Shown here: positions 17,295 to 28,363 of the stretch, in pieces
Numbering within the stretch: the stretch's first letter is position 1
Layout: the number at the start of each line of letters is the position of its first letter
Source: an uncultured Ignavibacteriaceae bacterium
Lineage (GTDB): Bacteria > Bacteroidota > Ignavibacteria > Ignavibacteriales > Ignavibacteriaceae
Length of the DNA: 64,000 bases
Direction of reading: 5' to 3'
Assembly: GCA_963802005.1 (NCBI GenBank)
Contig: CAWDGX010000001.1
Location: 254,421-318,420, forward strand
The notes under the pieces: model-generated
Seen by the model: the letters and a program-made list of their open reading frames with translations, nothing else
Database searches by the model: none
What the model was told of the DNA's origin: nothing
Translations under genes and position numbers: made by a program

Positions 17295-19101
17295 ATGGCA
17301 AATCAAAAATTCAGACTATTCAATTTTTCATTATTAATTCTTCTCTTTTCCATTTCATCTTATGCTCAAAATGTTTCTAATCCGGAAATAACTGCGGAAG
17401 AAATTAATATACATATCACTTATTTCGCATCTGATGAATTAAAAGGAAGGGATAGTGGCACTGACGAGATATTAGAAGCTGCTGAGTACATTGCAGATGA
17501 ATTTACTGAATATGGATTAAAGCCTGCTTTTGAAGGTAATTACTTTCAGGAATTTCCATTTATAAAAACAATCGAGCTAACCGGTAATAATTCTTTGACT
17601 TTTAATGCAAATGGAAAAGAGATTAGCCCAAAGCTTTGGGAAGATTACATTACAGTTCCCTTTTCAGGAAACGCAGATGTAAATGCTGAATTAGTTTTTG
17701 CAGGTTTTGGAATTTCAGCAGCCGATCTCGAATACGATGATTATGAAGGAATTGATGTTAAAGACAAAATCGTAATCGTTTTCAGGAATACACCCGAACC
17801 AAAGGTTCCTCACTCTGAATTTGACAAATATTCTCCGTTAAGAAAAAAAGCTTCTGTTGCAAGAGATAAAGGCGCAGCAGCAATCATCTTCATTAATCCT
17901 TATGATGAAAATAAAACATTGGATGACCTCGTTGAATTTAATTTTGACAGAGGCGGTTCAATTACTGATTTCTCGGTCGTAAGTATTAAACGGAATATTG
18001 TTGAAGGCATTTTCAAAGATGAAGGAATCAATCTTAAAGATGTTTATGACAAAATTATTGAAACTAAAAAACCATCTTCAACTGAACTAAAAAATTCATC
18101 AGCAAATATTTCTACTGAAGTAAAGGAAGTTGAAGCAACAAGCTGGAATGTAGGCGGAATTCTTGAAGGAAATGATCCTAAGCTAAAAAATGAATGGATC
18201 ATCATCGGTGCACATTTTGACCATCTCGGAATGGGTGGAGAAGGCTCATTGTATCGTGGTGATGAACCTCAAATCCATAATGGCGCAGATGATAATGCAT
18301 CCGGGACAACAGGAGTTTTGGAACTTGCCGAGAAATTTGCTTCGGTTAAAGATCAATTAAAAAGAAGTGTGGCATTCTTCACTTTTTCAGGTGAAGAACT
18401 TGGACTGCTCGGTTCAAATTATCTTGCTAACAATCTTCCCTTCCCTGTTGAAGACGCAATTGCAATGATTAATATGGATATGATTGGAAGACTGAAAGAC
18501 AGTTCTTTAATCGTATATGGAACAGGCACGTCTTCAAACTGGAAAGATATTTTGAATGAAAACAACGATTACGGTTTCAAATTGACATTCAACGATGAAG
18601 GATACGGTCCAAGTGATCATTCATCTTTTTATGGAAAGAAAATTCCAGTTTTGTTTTTCTTCACTGGTACCCACGAAGATTATCACAAGCCATCTGATGA
18701 TGCAGAAAAAATTAATTTAGACGGAGAGAAAATTGTTTTAGACTATGTTTATGAGATTGCTATGAATATTGATAATGATCCTGAGAGACCTGACTACTTG
18801 TTGGTGGAGAAAAAAGAAGGTGGTCAAATGTTTGTAAGAAAAGTGTATGTCGGCACAATTCCCGATTTTGCAGGCAACGTTGATGGCTATAAAATAAGCG
18901 GAGTTTCGGAAGGAGGTCCAGCACAGCTTGCAGGATTACAGGGTGGAGATATTATTATATGAATTTGGTGGTAAAAAAATATCGAACATTTACGATTTCA
19001 CATACGCACTCGGTGATTTTGTCCCGGGAGACGTAGTTGATGTAATAGTTAAGCGCGGTGATGAAGAGATTACATTTAAAGTAAAGTTGGCTACAAAGTA
19101 A
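17295..19101 (+). CDS. M28-family aminopeptidase with PA domain and C-terminal PDZ domain, frame broken at ~18958
   Basis: ORF 17295..18962 contains zinc-site motifs (GAHFDHLG, ADDNASGT, FSGEELGLLGS, DMIG, DYHKPSD). The PDZ domain continues in frame +1 (..LQGGDIII|EFGGKKISNIYDFTYALGDFVPGDVVDVIVKRGDEEITFKVKLATK*), ending at 19101. Confidence 0.8.
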
Positions 19102-19124
19102 TACGGTTTTTAAAATAAAATTTT

Positions 19125-19152
19125 AGGCGAATCAATTGATTCGCCTTTTTTG
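19125..19152 (+). terminator. rho-independent terminator after the M28 peptidase gene
   Basis: Perfect palindrome AGGCGAATCAATTGATTCGCCT followed by TTTTTT. Confidence 0.75.
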
Positions 19153-19201
19153 CTTTAAAGGTTTAATTTTATCTTCACAAAGAAAAAAACTGAGTAAAGA
19201 G

Positions 19202-19621
19202 TTGAGAAAGAAGAAAAAGAAATACGCTAACCTTATTATGCTGCTCCTTATTCTTTTTGTTCTGTTCTTTATCGTTATCCAGAATAATAATATTACTGTA
19301 AGTTCTGAAGAGCTGGTAAGCAGCTATACCACGGATATCGCAAAAGCTGATAAAAAATTATTAAATCAAGAGCTTATAGTAACAGGTAAAGCGAAATCAT
19401 TCATTCAATTTGAAGGTGAAAAAAGTTTACTTGAACTGGAATCCGGTAGCGATGTTCTCAATATATATTGTATAATTATGAACAAAGAAACAGAAGATAA
19501 AGCAGCATCACTAACAACAGGGACAATGATTAAGGTTTACGGTAAGTGTTTAGGTCTTAATCCTTTATTGTCAGATAAATTTACTGACGGTATTTTTATT
19601 GAGGCTGAGCAAATAAAATGA
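19202..19621 (+). CDS. hypothetical membrane-anchored protein (start uncertain: TTG 19202 or ATG 19238)
   Basis: The track ORF starts at 19136, inside the upstream terminator hairpin, so it is trimmed here. A lysine-rich N-terminus is followed by one TM helix (LLLILFVLFFIVI) and a ~100-aa soluble domain. Confidence 0.5.
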   Translation: MRKKKKKYANLIMLLLILFVLFFIVIQNNNITVSSEELVSSYTTDIAKADKKLLNQELIVTGKAKSFIQFEGEKSLLELESGSDVLNIYCIIMNKETEDKAASLTTGTMIKVYGKCLGLNPLLSDKFTDGIFIEAEQIK

Positions 19622-20049
19622 ACTGGTATCAAAAAGAAATATCATTGCGAGCAAGATCAAGAGGTTTTCATTTAATTACTGATGAAATTCTCAATCAATT
19701 GACTGATCTAAAAAAGATCAAAACAGGTCTGATGCATATTTTAATCAAACACACATCCGCATCAATTACGCTTAATGAAAATTATGACCCTGATGTTCGC
19801 TCTGATATGGAAAAATATTTCAGCCGAACTGTTAAAGAAAATGAACCGTGGTATGAGCATAACTCGGAAGGTTCAGATGATATGCCAGCACATATTAAAT
19901 CGACAGTGATTGGTAGTTCCTTAACAATTCCGATAACAAACGGGAGACTAAATCTGGGCACATGGCAAGGAATTTATCTTTGTGAACATCGCAATCATGC
20001 AAGCAGTCGTAAATTAGTGGTGACTATTTCCGGAGAAGAAAAAATTTAA
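19618..20049 (+). CDS. yjbQ: YjbQ/UPF0047 family protein (secondary thiamine-phosphate synthase type)
   Basis: 143-aa ORF; SRGFHLITDEI...HTSASITLNENYDPDVRSDME...DDMPAHIKSTVIGSSLTIPI..GRLNLGTWQGIYLCEHR is the family signature. Confidence 0.85.
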   Translation: MNWYQKEISLRARSRGFHLITDEILNQLTDLKKIKTGLMHILIKHTSASITLNENYDPDVRSDMEKYFSRTVKENEPWYEHNSEGSDDMPAHIKSTVIGSSLTIPITNGRLNLGTWQGIYLCEHRNHASSRKLVVTISGEEKI

Positions 20050-20550
20050 TGAAGAAAAAAATTTTATTCGTATGTATGGGCAACATCTGCAGATCTCCCG
20101 CAGCTGAAGGCATTGCAAAAACACTTATCGAGAAAAAAGGATTAAACGATTCGATAGAAATTGATTCAGCAGGAACACTTGGTTATCACGAAGGAGAAAA
20201 GCCAGATGCAAGAATGATTAAACACGCTTCTAAACGAGGATATATTTTAGATAGTCAGGCAAGACAAATTTAATCCAAAAAAAGATTTTGTTTACTTTGA
20301 CTACATTGTAACAATGGATGATGATAACTATAGTGAAATTATTTCTCTTGATGGGAAGAATGAATTCAGAAATAAAGTTTTTAAGATGGTAAGTTTTGGA
20401 AAAAATATAAATGTCAATGAAGTCCCTGATCCATATTACAGCGGTAGTCAGGGATTTGAAATTGTGCTTGATATTCTGGAAGATTCAGTTGAAGGATTAT
20501 TTAACAAAGTCGAAGATGATATCAGAAGAGAAAATAAAAGCGAGAATTGA
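20049..20550 (+). CDS. low-molecular-weight protein-tyrosine phosphatase, frame broken at ~20266-20268
   Basis: ORF 20049..20273 has the P-loop VCMGNICRSP. The rest (..FNPKKDFVYFDYIVTMDDDNY...VPDPYYSG) is in frame +1 (ORF 20314..20550). An extra A in the run CAAATTT explains the shift. Confidence 0.8.
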
Positions 20551-21388
20551 AGAAAAGCTAGGCAGGAAAATTAATAACCTCGCTTCACTTTCAGGAGGAT
20601 GCATAAGTAACGCTTACAAAGTTACAACTATAGATGGTTCAAACTACTTTCTAAAATATAATCCATCTATTTCAAAAGATATGTTCATTAAAGAAGCAAA
20701 TGGATTAAAGGAACTTGTTAAAGCTGATGCAATCAGAATTCCCGAGGTTTTAAGTTTTGAAGCCGATTACATTTTACTTGAATACATTCCAACTGGCAAT
20801 AAAAAGAAAAACTTTTTTGATGAATTCGGAAAGAGTTTTGCCGAAATGCACAAATTCACTTCTGAAAATTTTGGATTTTATGAGGATAACTATATTGGCT
20901 CAAATCCACAGATAAATATTCCCGAACTTAAAGAGAAATCGAGCTGGGTTGATTTCTATTTCGATAAAAGGATTTTATTCCAGTTTGAGTTAGCTGAAAA
21001 GCTTGGTAATTCAACCGAGGAATTAAGAAAAGGAATATCAAAACTAGAAAATAAAATTCAAGAAATAATTGGTGAGTCAAACGAAAAACCCTCACTATTG
21101 CACGGCGATCTTTGGGGTGGAAATTATATGGTTGATGAAAATGGTTCCCCGGTTTTAATTGATCCAGCAGTTTATTATGGTCATCGTGAGGCCGATCTTG
21201 GAATGACAAAACTTTTCGGCGGTTTCAGTTCAGAATTTTATAAAACCTACAACGAAGTGTTTCCTTTGGAAGATGGCTACGAATACAGAGAAAATATTTA
21301 TAAGCTTTATCACGTCCTCAACCATTTAAACCTTTTTGGCGGAGGTTACTATTCGCAGGCTTTGAGCCTTATAAAGTTTTATATTTGA
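20516..21388 (+). CDS. fructosamine/ketosamine-3-kinase family protein
   Basis: Trimmed to the ATG at 20516 (MISEEKIKARIEEKLG...), because the track ORF start at 20411 lies inside the phosphatase gene. Motifs: GGCISNAYKV, LLHGDLWGGNYM, DPAVYYGHREADLGM. Confidence 0.88.
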   Translation: MISEEKIKARIEEKLGRKINNLASLSGGCISNAYKVTTIDGSNYFLKYNPSISKDMFIKEANGLKELVKADAIRIPEVLSFEADYILLEYIPTGNKKKNFFDEFGKSFAEMHKFTSENFGFYEDNYIGSNPQINIPELKEKSSWVDFYFDKRILFQFELAEKLGNSTEELRKGISKLENKIQEIIGESNEKPSLLHGDLWGGNYMVDENGSPVLIDPAVYYGHREADLGMTKLFGGFSSEFYKTYNEVFPLEDGYEYRENIYKLYHVLNHLNLFGGGYYSQALSLIKFYI

Positions 21389-21414
21389 GTCGTTCAATAT
21401 CAAAGAATATTCAG

Positions 21415-22158
21415 ATGAATAAAATTTCCGTAATAGTTATCACCAAAAATGAAGAGAATAATATTTCTGACTGCCTGAAAAGTGTTGAATGGGCTGATGA
21501 AATAATTGTAGTTGATTCTGAAAGTACGGACAAGACAATCGAATTAGCAAAAGCTTTTACAGATAATATCTTCATCAGAAAATGGAAAGGCTATGTTCCT
21601 CAGAAAAAATACGCATTAAGTCTGGCCAAAAATGAATGGATTTTGAGTTTAGACGCAGATGAAAGAATTACACCGGAATTAAAGGATGAGATAACAAATC
21701 TTTCGCCCGGTAATTTTTCAGGTTTTAGAATCAGGAGAAAAAACTTTCTCCTCAAAAAAGAAATAACAAGCTGCGGTTGGGAAAAAGATTATCAACTACG
21801 GTTGCTAAAAAAAGACAAAACCGGCTTAAGCGATAGATTAGTCCACGAGAAATTTATTGTTGATGGACAAGTAAACACGCTTAAGAATTCAATGCTTCAC
21901 TTTACATTTGCATCGTTTACCGACTATTTAAATAAAATTAATTATTACACCAGCCTAAAAGCTCAGGAGCTTTTTGGAAAGAAGAAACGAGTTGGTGCAT
22001 GGACAATTTTATCCCACACGGTTTCAGCTTTTTTTGCTTTCTTTTTTATTAAAAGGGGATTTAAAGATGGTGTTTACGGATTGATAATTTCATCCCTGCA
22101 TTCCGTGAGCACAATGATGAATTACATAAAGTTGTGGGAATTGCAAAATAAGAAGTGA
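21415..22158 (+). CDS. family 2 glycosyltransferase
   Basis: The GT-A N-terminus ISVIVITKNEENNISDCLKSVEWADEIIVVDSESTDKT and the DADE motif are present. Start set at ATG 21415; the track's alternative start at 21385 remains possible. Confidence 0.8.
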   Translation: MNKISVIVITKNEENNISDCLKSVEWADEIIVVDSESTDKTIELAKAFTDNIFIRKWKGYVPQKKYALSLAKNEWILSLDADERITPELKDEITNLSPGNFSGFRIRRKNFLLKKEITSCGWEKDYQLRLLKKDKTGLSDRLVHEKFIVDGQVNTLKNSMLHFTFASFTDYLNKINYYTSLKAQELFGKKKRVGAWTILSHTVSAFFAFFFIKRGFKDGVYGLIISSLHSVSTMMNYIKLWELQNKK

Positions 22159-22179
22159 TCTTAACAGCTTCTAATCATC

Positions 22180-22234
22180 CATACAAACATACACCCATGC
22201 AAAAGTTAAGATTGCATGAATGCATGATTGTATG
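22180..22234. terminator. imperfect long hairpin between convergent genes (possible bidirectional terminator)
   Basis: Inner stem CATGCAA (22196-22202) pairs with TTGCATG (22212-22218). Outer stem CATACAA (22180-22186) pairs with TTGTATG (22228-22234). It sits between the GT2 stop (22158) and the FKBP stop (22260). Confidence 0.45.
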
Positions 22235-22259
22235 AAACGAATCTTAATAAAATTATAGC

Positions 22260-23096
22260 CTATTGTATATCAACAATCTCTGTATCAAAAATTAGAGTTG
22301 AGTTTGCAGGAATTTTTTCAAGCTGCGTTTCGCCATATCCCAGTTGCGGCGGGATTATAAATCTTGCCTTATCTCCTTTTTTCAGAAGAAGCATTCCTTC
22401 ATCCCAGCCGGGAATAACCTGACCCTGACCAACAACAAATTGAATAGGTTCATCTCGTTCAATTGAGCTATCGAACAATGTTCCATCTTCAAGGTAGCCA
22501 GAATAATTAACCGTGATCACTTTACCTGCCTCCACAGCGGGTCCTTCTCCTTCACTGATAATAGCGTAATTCAATCCGCTTGCGGTAGTTTTAAATAATG
22601 TTGTATCGACCTGCCACATTTCCGCTACTACCTTATCCTTTACTTCTAAAAGTTCTACTACAACTTTTAAATCAGTGCTCGGTGGTATAAAACCAATTCC
22701 GGCTTCACCGTATGCAAGACTATCTGGAATTATTATTGTTCTAATTCCACCGGTTTTCATTCCAATAATACCTTCATCTGAACCTTTAATGAATGAACTT
22801 GAATTCAGTACAAATTTTAATGGTTGATTTCTCGTCTTTGAATCACCAAGTGAAAGCATATTTCTAGTTTCATCAGTCGACCAGTCAGAGAACAATTCAC
22901 CTGTGCTATCTTTCGGAATCATCCACCCTCTGAAATGAATTGAAACCAGGTCACCAGCTTTTGCTTCTCTGCCAGTGCCGAGAGAATCATCCAGATACTT
23001 CAATCCAGATTCAAGTGTTACAATGTCGGGACCTTTGTTGCAACCGAAAAATACCGCAGTTACAATTACAATAAATACCAGCAATACTTTTTTCAT
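22260..23096 (-). CDS. FKBP-type peptidyl-prolyl cis-trans isomerase lipoprotein (two FKBP domains)
   Basis: 278-aa ORF with a lipoprotein signal (..AVFFGC) and two FKBP modules (GDLVSIHFRGW...LAYGEAG and GKVITVNYSGYLEDGTLFDSS...VIPGWDEGMLLLKKGDKARFIIPPQLGYG). Confidence 0.9.
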   Translation of the reverse strand: MKKVLLVFIVIVTAVFFGCNKGPDIVTLESGLKYLDDSLGTGREAKAGDLVSIHFRGWMIPKDSTGELFSDWSTDETRNMLSLGDSKTRNQPLKFVLNSSSFIKGSDEGIIGMKTGGIRTIIIPDSLAYGEAGIGFIPPSTDLKVVVELLEVKDKVVAEMWQVDTTLFKTTASGLNYAIISEGEGPAVEAGKVITVNYSGYLEDGTLFDSSIERDEPIQFVVGQGQVIPGWDEGMLLLKKGDKARFIIPPQLGYGETQLEKIPANSTLIFDTEIVDIQ

Positions 23097-23247
23097 TTTT
23101 ATCCTTTTTTATTTTTTTGACGGGCAAATATATCCATAAAAATTAACATCTTTAAAAGGAGCAATAATTTTTTCCTATGATTTTAATGATTGTAATTTTA
23201 CTTTTATCACCAATTATTAGTCAAATTCAAGATAATATTTCAATCAA

Positions 23248-23892
23248 ATGTTTAAATTCAGAACCAGATTACCTGTCTCTTTGTTTGCTATAATTTTCTC
23301 AATTACAATATTTACGAGCAATAATATCCAAAGCTTAAGTGAAGAATCAGAATACATAATTGATTCAGAGGTAAATTTTGAAGAAGCTATCTCAGGGAAG
23401 AATATTCCTGAAAGCATTATAGTAAATGTTCGGCTTGTAGATGTTTATTATTATGGATTTGATGAAAAGCTACACAAAGGTCAGTTGGTTGTTCATAAAG
23501 AAGTTGTTCTTGATATTATTGAAATTTTTGAGTTTATGAGAGAGACACACTTTCCAATCAGCAAGGTAGTGCCAATTAACAAATACGACTGGTCGGATGA
23601 AAAATCGATGCAGGATAACAACACTTCGGCATTTAACTACAGATATATTTCCGGAACAAGAGTTATTTCCAATCACGCATCAGGACTAGCAATTGATATT
23701 AATCCAATGTTAAATCCTTATATAAAAAATGGCAACAGTTTACCTGCAAATTGTGTTTATGACACAACAAAAGCTGGGACAATATTAGCAGAATCGGATC
23801 TTGTTAAAGAATTTAAAAACAAAGGCTGGCAATGGGGCGGTGACTGGATAAGTCTTAAAGATTACCAGCATTTTGAGAAAAATTTAAAGTAG
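23248..23892 (+). CDS. M15-family D-Ala-D-Ala carboxypeptidase/dipeptidase-like metallopeptidase
   Basis: 214-aa ORF with a signal peptide and zinc-site motifs HASGLAIDINP and WQWGGDW...DYQHFE. Confidence 0.75.
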   Translation: MFKFRTRLPVSLFAIIFSITIFTSNNIQSLSEESEYIIDSEVNFEEAISGKNIPESIIVNVRLVDVYYYGFDEKLHKGQLVVHKEVVLDIIEIFEFMRETHFPISKVVPINKYDWSDEKSMQDNNTSAFNYRYISGTRVISNHASGLAIDINPMLNPYIKNGNSLPANCVYDTTKAGTILAESDLVKEFKNKGWQWGGDWISLKDYQHFEKNLK

Positions 23893-25043
23893 GCTTCTTC
23901 CCTTCTCTGTTCCGAATATAAAAATTAATGCACGCCAGATACTTTTTGCCCAATCTCTCTCCCCATGCTGTGAATTTTTTCTTTTAAAGAAATAAAAATC
24001 TTTTCCTTGAATATATCCTTGCTTGACTAGTTCACTTATCATTTCATCTACACCGGGTTGTAATTGAGAATCGAGTTCATTGTCACCATTGTTGATATAT
24101 ATTTTAATGTTTTTCTTCTTACCATCATATGCTATGACATTATCCACAAAATCATACTTCTCAATTTTAAAGGCAGGTGAAAAGCAAATAGCTTTGGAAA
24201 AAACTTCTGAAAATTCCCACATCATAATAAAAGAAATTAATCCCCCTAAAGAAGAACCACCATTAGCTGTATTTTCACTCCCCGTTAATGTTCTGTAATT
24301 ACTATCGATAAACGGTTTAAGCGAGTCGATAATAAAATTCATATAAGCAAAACCAAGCGGTTCATCAGAATACTCTTCGTTTCTGTCTGAAGTATTATAG
24401 ATACCAACTATGATTATTGGCTCAATCAGTCCTTGCGGATAAGACTATCTGCATTTTCATCAATCTGCCAATCAACATGAAATGCTGATGTGTTTGGATC
24501 AACAATATTTTGTCCATCATGCATATAAAGTACAGGGTAATTTTTATTTGTTTCAGAATAGTAACCTGGTGGAAGCCAAACAATTATATCCCTCGGTTTA
24601 ATTCCTTTTCCTTGAAAATTTCTATGATACTTTACTGTTCCAGTAATTTGGCCTCTGATTTTTTTTTCAACCTGATCTGCCCAAAGATCAACTCTAATTT
24701 CGATAGTAGAATCATTTGATACATTGACTACATAATTCGGTGGAGTGGAACCATCAATGTCAATCGCTTCATTGTCCCAGCTTCCCCGTGTAATTTTGAA
24801 TTCTAATTTCTTCCCTCTTTCGAATGAAAAACTTTTTATCCACTTTCCTTCTTCATTCTTTTCAAGTTGAACCATACCTGGTTGCCAGTTTCCAAGTTGT
24901 TCGTTATTGCCTGAGATGTAAATTTCCGATCCCTCAGGTAAATTATCTGCAGTTACTTCGATATCAAGATTTGCATTGTTTTTTGAACAGAAATTGAATG
25001 AAATTAATGGAAGGATGACAAAAAGGAGTAAATATTTTTTCAT
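23884..25043 (-). CDS. secreted esterase (PF00756-like alpha/beta hydrolase) with N-terminal carbohydrate-binding-like domain, frame broken at ~24428
   Basis: ORF 24426..25043 (signal peptide, GNWQPGMV...KITRGSWDNEA, YPVLYMHDGQN) and ORF 23884..24342 (GGSSLGGL nucleophile elbow) join as ..ADSLIRK|GLIEPIIIVGIYNTSDRNEEY.. if one G is restored in AAGGAC. Confidence 0.75.
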
Positions 25044-25116
25044 ATTGAATTTATATATTTAACTGGATATTTACGTTTGTAAAAAATTTTAATTTGTTCG
25101 TGAATCAATAATTATT

Positions 25117-26076
25117 ATGAAATCTATTTTCACAAAAATACTAATTATCATATTGCTTTCAGTAGCAGGATGTTCTGACAGATCTCTTTCGACAGATCCC
25201 AATGATCCCGGATTAGGAGGAGCCTTTACTACACTAAATGGTGAGCTTTCGGGAACACTATCAAAAAGCAAATCTCCATATTATGTTTCAGAAAATATTG
25301 TAGTACCGGCAGGAAATAATTTATCAATTGAACCTGGCACATTAATTTTCTTCAAACTAAATACAGGATTCTATATTTCCGGAGGACTCAATGCAGTAGG
25401 CACAAAAGAACAGCCAATAGTTTTCCAGGGATTTGGGAATGCATGGGAAGGAATTCACTCAGATAATGCTACTGATAGCTTAGTATTTATTTTTTGTAAT
25501 ATATTAGAAGTTTATCTTCCGATTGGAAGCGATATTGATTACGGTGGTGTGGAAATTACAAATGCAAACCTGGTTATTAAGAATTGCTATTTTAATTTTA
25601 ACTATACCAAGAATGGAGGAGCGTTAGCAATTTCTTTTTGTAATTCAGAAATCTTGAACAACATTTTTTATGATAACGAGTGTCTCGATTACGGAGGTGC
25701 AATACTTTCACAAAACTCTTCCAATAAAATCATTAACAACACATTTTATAAAAATTTCTGCCTGAATTTCGGTGGCGCAATCACAATAGTTGATCCCGTT
25801 TATGAGGAAATTCAAAACAATATATTTTATAATAATTTTTCTTATCAAGGCAATTCTACTATTCATCTTGTTTCTGGTGACAGCACAAACATCTTTGAGC
25901 AATATAATTATTTAGATCCTGACAGTTTGAATCCATTATTCATTACATCAACTGATTTACATCTACTGCCAAATTCTCCTTGCAAAGATGCCGGTAATCC
26001 TGCACCTGAATTTGATAATACAGATGGCTCCAGAAATGACCAGGGTGCTTACGGCGGACCGGGTGGGAATTGGTAA
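25117..26076 (+). CDS. lipoprotein with right-handed parallel beta-helix repeats
   Basis: 319-aa ORF with a lipobox (LLSVAGC) and a periodic N-x-F/I-Y-x-N ... GGA(I/L) repeat (NNIFYDNECLDYGGAI, NNTFYKNFCLNFGGAI, NNIFYNN). Confidence 0.6.
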   Translation: MKSIFTKILIIILLSVAGCSDRSLSTDPNDPGLGGAFTTLNGELSGTLSKSKSPYYVSENIVVPAGNNLSIEPGTLIFFKLNTGFYISGGLNAVGTKEQPIVFQGFGNAWEGIHSDNATDSLVFIFCNILEVYLPIGSDIDYGGVEITNANLVIKNCYFNFNYTKNGGALAISFCNSEILNNIFYDNECLDYGGAILSQNSSNKIINNTFYKNFCLNFGGAITIVDPVYEEIQNNIFYNNFSYQGNSTIHLVSGDSTNIFEQYNYLDPDSLNPLFITSTDLHLLPNSPCKDAGNPAPEFDNTDGSRNDQGAYGGPGGNW

Positions 26077-26172
26077 GATTATTCCTCCTTTAATTTTTTC
26101 TTACTTTTGCAATATCAATATTTCACATTAGTGATTATTTTTTACTACATACATAAAATTTATAGTTAATGA

Positions 26173-27616
26173 ATGAATAAGGTAATTAGTCAAATAAAGA
26201 GACTTTATGAAAGCTGGGCAAAAGAAGAAGCAATACAAATTATTCCATTAGCTCAATCAGGTTCATACAGAAAATATTTCAGGATAACAGGTAAAGAAAA
26301 AACTGCAATCGGTGTTTTCAATCCTGATAAAAAAGAAAACGCAGCTTTCATTTCTTTCACAAAACATTTTGTCAAAAAAGGATTGAATGTTCCCCATCTT
26401 TACTCACATCAGTTAAAAGATAATATTTATTTGATCGAAGACCTCGGTGATACAACTCTTTACTCATTAGTCGAAAAGGAAAAAAGAAGACAAATATCAG
26501 AAAAGACTTTAAGCTATTATGAAGATGCATTGAGTCATCTAGTTCGGTTCCAGATTAGATGGTGGAAAAGGATTGGATTATTCTGTCTGTTATCCACGAA
26601 ATAAATTTGATAAGCAATCAATAATGTGGGATTTAAATTACTTCAAATACTATTTCCTCAAGTTGGCTAAAATTCCATTTGATGAACAGAAGTTGGAAGA
26701 TGATTTCAATTCATTTTCTAAACTGCTACTGGAAGCAGATACAAAATATTTTATGTACCGAGACTTTCAGTCAAGAAACATTTTAATCAATAACGATCAG
26801 CTTTACTTTGTTGATTACCAGGGAGGAAGAAAAGGTGCACTTCAGTACGATGTGGCTTCTTTACTTTTTCAGGCAAAAGTTAATTTATCTCCTGAAATTA
26901 GAAACAGCCTACTCGAATTTTATTTGAAAGAACTTCGTCAAACATCAAACGTCAAACGTCAAATATTTCTAAAACATTATTATAGTTATGTGCTGATAAG
27001 ACTTATTGCAGACACTTGGGGCTTATGGATTCAGAGGATATTTCGAAAATAAATCACACTTTTTGCTAAGCATTCCTTACGCGTTAAAAAATCTTCAGTG
27101 GCTTTTAGAGGATAATCATTTGCCCAAAAAACTTCCCGAATTGAATCGTGTAATTGTTTCCATTCTGGAAAATGAAGAATTTAAAAAACTTGAATTGAAA
27201 CAAATAAGGAAAAAATTAAAAGTTACCATCAACAGCTTCTCTTACAAGGAAGGAATTCCGAAAGATTTATTCAGGTAATGGTGGAGGATTTGTTTTCGAT
27301 TGCAGATCACTTGAAAATCCTGGCAGATATCCCGAATATGTAAACAACACCGGACTTGGATGAAAATGTAATTCGATTCTTAAATGAACGGCATGATGTA
27401 AAAGAATTTCTTAAATTCAGTTTATTCAATAGTTGATAAATCAGTCAAAAAATATCTACAAAGAGATTTCAAAAATTTAATGATAAACTTTGGTTGCACA
27501 GGCGGACAGCATCGCTCAGTTTATTGTGCAGAAAATCTTGCAAAACATTTAAAAGAAAATTTGATATTTCGGTAGTAGTCAATCATACACAGCTTAGTAA
27601 AAAGGATATTCATATA
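26173..27616 (+). pseudogene. aminoglycoside-phosphotransferase-fold sugar kinase (AmgK-like) with RapZ-C-terminal-like domain; at least 6 frame breaks
   Basis: The kinase fold spans ORFs 26173..26604, 26573..27052 and 27006..27278 (..[30 protein letters not shown]..). Downstream pieces in shifting frames read [22 protein letters not shown] / [18 protein letters not shown] / VDKSVKKYLQRDFKNLMINFGCTGGQHRSVYCAENLAKHLKE / KFDISVVVNHTQL. The last group matches the RapZ C-terminal signature GCTGGxHRSV. Confidence 0.6.
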
Positions 27617-28363
27617 ATGCGTGCTATGATTCTTGCTGCTGGTTTGGGGACAAGGCTTAAACCACTCACTGATTCAACTCCCAAAGCGTTAATCAAAATT
27701 AAAAATCATACTCTGCTCGAACTCCAGATAAAAAAACTTAAATCTGAGGGGTTTAATGAGATAATAATAAATGTGCATCATTTTGCTGATCATGATCAAA
27801 AGATAATCTCAAACAAAATAATTTTTTCGATTGTTCAATTGAAATATCTGATGAGAGTAAAAAACTTCTCGATACCGCCGGAGGTTTGAAGAAAGCTGCT
27901 CATTATTTTTCTGATGGAAGACCATTTCTTGTTTATAATGTTGATATTCTTTCAAACATCAATCTGAAAAAATTAGTGGAAGTTCATCTTTCGTCTTCAC
28001 CAATTGCAACACTTGCGGTTCAGGATAGAAAATCTTCACGAAAATTTTTGTTTGATAAAGATAATACTTTATGCGGTTGGATGAATGAAAAAACAGGTGA
28101 ACAAATTATTTCAAAGGGTAAAGAATCTGAATTAAGTTCTTACGCATTCAGTGGAATTCAAATAATTGACACCAAAAATATTCAAACACTTTCCTGACAA
28201 AGATGTTTTTTCATTAGTTGAACTATATTTATCTGCCGCAAAACAGGAGAAGATAAACGGTTACATCCACAATGAAGATGAATGGATGGATTTGGGAAAG
28301 ATTGAAAATTTAAATAAAGCGGAAAAACAATTTGAAAGATTCAAGAATACCTATCAAGTCTGA
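27617..28363 (+). CDS. sugar-1-phosphate nucleotidyltransferase (MurU-like), two frame breaks (~27795 and ~28185)
   Basis: The N-terminus MRAMILAAGLGTRLKPLTDSTPKALIKI is the NTP-transferase G-loop. It continues as ..IKDNLKQNNFFDCSIEISDESKKLLDTAGGLKKAAHYF.. (frame of ORF 27886..28197) and then ..KIFKHFPDKDVFSLVELYL...WMDLGKIENL (ORF 28166..28363). Confidence 0.7.

Noticed and set aside
19136-19201. The ORF-track start (TTG 19136) of the 161-aa ORF
   Set aside because: That start codon lies inside the stem of the upstream rho-independent terminator. The gene was trimmed to 19202 or 19238.
20411-20515. The long N-terminal extension of the fructosamine-kinase ORF
   Set aside because: The extension overlaps the 3' part of the LMW-PTP gene in another frame, and the kinase family starts near MISEEKIKARIEE (ATG 20516).
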